Assembly: GCF_001194135.2 (NCBI RefSeq)
Contig: NC_068991.1
Location: forward strand, 35,022,570-35,056,727
Direction of reading: 5' to 3'
From: Octopus bimaculoides
Taxonomy: Eukaryota
Length of the DNA stretch: 34,158 nt
Numbering within the stretch: the first letter of the stretch is position 1; every line of letters begins with the position of its first letter. This document shows, one piece after another, positions 32,648-34,158 of the stretch. Below the pieces are notes generated by a model, which saw only the letters and a list, made by a program, of their open reading frames with translations, was not told the DNA's origin and searched no databases. A program made the position numbers and the translations under genes.

Positions 32648-33052
32648 TATATATAAAATTAATATAAACAGCAGTTTGCAATGTTTCACCAAAAAGGAGA
32701 ATTATAATTGTCACTAGATGTGACTAGAGTATTAGGGAACATCTACATTGCTAAAAATAAGAGCTAAAGCACTCTAACGCTGTAGTTAACACACATGAAT
32801 GTAACTGATGGGACAATGGAAATTGCCAAAACTGATGTATTAAGAATTCTTGATCAGCATTTTTTGGACAGTTAAGGTCCCTGTTAGTGTATGTTTTCAT
32901 TCGTGTGCTTTAACTATAGCATTACAACAGTTTAGCTCTTATTTCTAGCAATGTAGGTTTTTCTTAACGCCCTAGTCACATTTAATGACAATTATAATTC
33001 TCCTTTTTGCTGAAACATAGCAAACTGCTGTTAGTATTAATTTTATATATAT
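32648..33052. repeat. About 150-bp inverted repeat (32648-32800 / 32899-33052) with a degenerate hammerhead copy in the spacer (32802-32844)
   Basis: Arms are about 80-85% identical by eye, including the perfect 23-mer AAAAAGGAGAATTATAATTGTCA. The spacer reads TAA-CTGATGG-GACAA tggaaa TTGCC-AAAA-CTGATGTA-TTAAG. Confidence 0.85.
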
Positions 33053-33920
33053 ATCTATATATATACATATATATATCTGTAATACATTAAAAGTGAGCTT
33101 GAATCTTGCTTGTTTGCTTGCTTGCAGTGTTACCTCCACCAGAATGGCACATAATTGGAAAATACTATTAAGATCCCCCAGAAATGTAAATACTAACGGA
33201 ATGAAACAAATTTCGCATAAATCAGACAAGTGGTTGTGGAGACATTAGGGGTTATCAGTGTATAAATACTCAAAATGGTGCATAATGGGAAAATATTCCG
33301 AAAATAACTTAACACTGAAAGGGAAGAAGCTCTTACTTTTCGATTAGACTTGACAATGAAAAAATACGATTTGTTTTTTACTGTAAATCTTCCTATTTTT
33401 TCTTTTGTTAAATATAATATTTTAATCATTTAGAAATATTTTAAACTTACATTTCAACAATGTAAGATGTTTGTACAGTATTTATTTATATTTTAGCTTT
33501 CTTTAAACAGACAATATTTTAAATATACAAAGTATTTTCAAGTGGAAATGACTTTAAAAATAGGATAAATATTTTGTAAAAGACCCGTTGTAACTTTGGT
33601 GTGAAAGAATTTTTTTCTATAGGGTTTTTTCGAGTGCATTCAACGTATCTCACCTCCAAAGATTTGGTGGCTATTTCTGGCATGCACTGTTACCACGTAA
33701 AAACTATTTGCAGTAAAGGACCCGAAATACCTGTTATGTGATAGCAGGGTGTGCAAGAAATAGCAGCCAAAGCTTTCTGGGGAAAGGAGTGTTTATGTGT
33801 GATTTTGATGTCACATATGTTGAAAGTGTGCAAAATAACTTGCAAAGGAAACAAAACTCTGTTGCTGGGAAACTTAGACATTCCTGGTGACCCAACAGGT
33901 CATGGGTAGACAAGTCTGTA

Positions 33921-33922
<2 letters not shown>

Positions 33923-33958
<36 letters not shown>

Positions 33959-34158
33959 TATAGAGACATAGATATAGTGATATAGATATTGATATACATA
34001 TATGTATAGATATATATATAGCTATAGATATATATATAAATATAGATATATATATAAATATAGATATATATATAGATATAGATATATATATAGATATAGA
34101 TATATATATAGCTATAGATATATATATAGATATATATATAGATATAGATATATATATA
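33923..34158. repeat. (TA)n/(TAGA)n compound microsatellite to the window end
   Basis: Visible. Confidence 0.98.

Noticed and set aside
552-34158. Remaining ORF-track entries (antisense to TE ORFs, microsatellite-derived, or spanning N runs) as genes; prokaryotic features such as CRISPR arrays or operons
   Set aside because: They are explained by repeats or gaps; no repeat-spacer array, rRNA or complete tRNA gene was seen.

Overview
Eukaryotic, AT-rich, repeat-dominated draft-assembly DNA with three N gaps. The repeat families (SINE/MITE types, RTE 3' tail ending in GAT repeats) resemble those I associate with octopus/coleoid genomes; that taxon is an inference. Most of the window is decayed mobile DNA: a Penelope-like GIY-YIG fragment, four copies of one RTE LINE family (with a PHD-like insert in the RT), an unrelated RTE fragment, a full-span Ty3/Gypsy element with LTRs and TSD, an R4/Dong-like REL retroelement, a Chapaev3-like DNA transposon with TIRs and TSD, Tc1/mariner elements, a piggyBac-type MITE, SINEs and microsatellites. 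Three things are invisible in the ORF track. (1) At least six recognisable type I minimal hammerhead-ribozyme motifs from several unrelated repeat families lie between 18.3 and 32.9 kb, plus two broken copies; the one at 25582-25642 (-) has a fully intact core. (2) A seven-exon, phase-consistent 3' end of an unidentified Cys-containing host gene lies at 20519-22092 (+). (3) An in-frame junction joins RTE AP-endonuclease sequence to Penelope GIY-YIG sequence at the left edge. All calls are by eye; no searches or folding programs were run, and identity figures are hand estimates.
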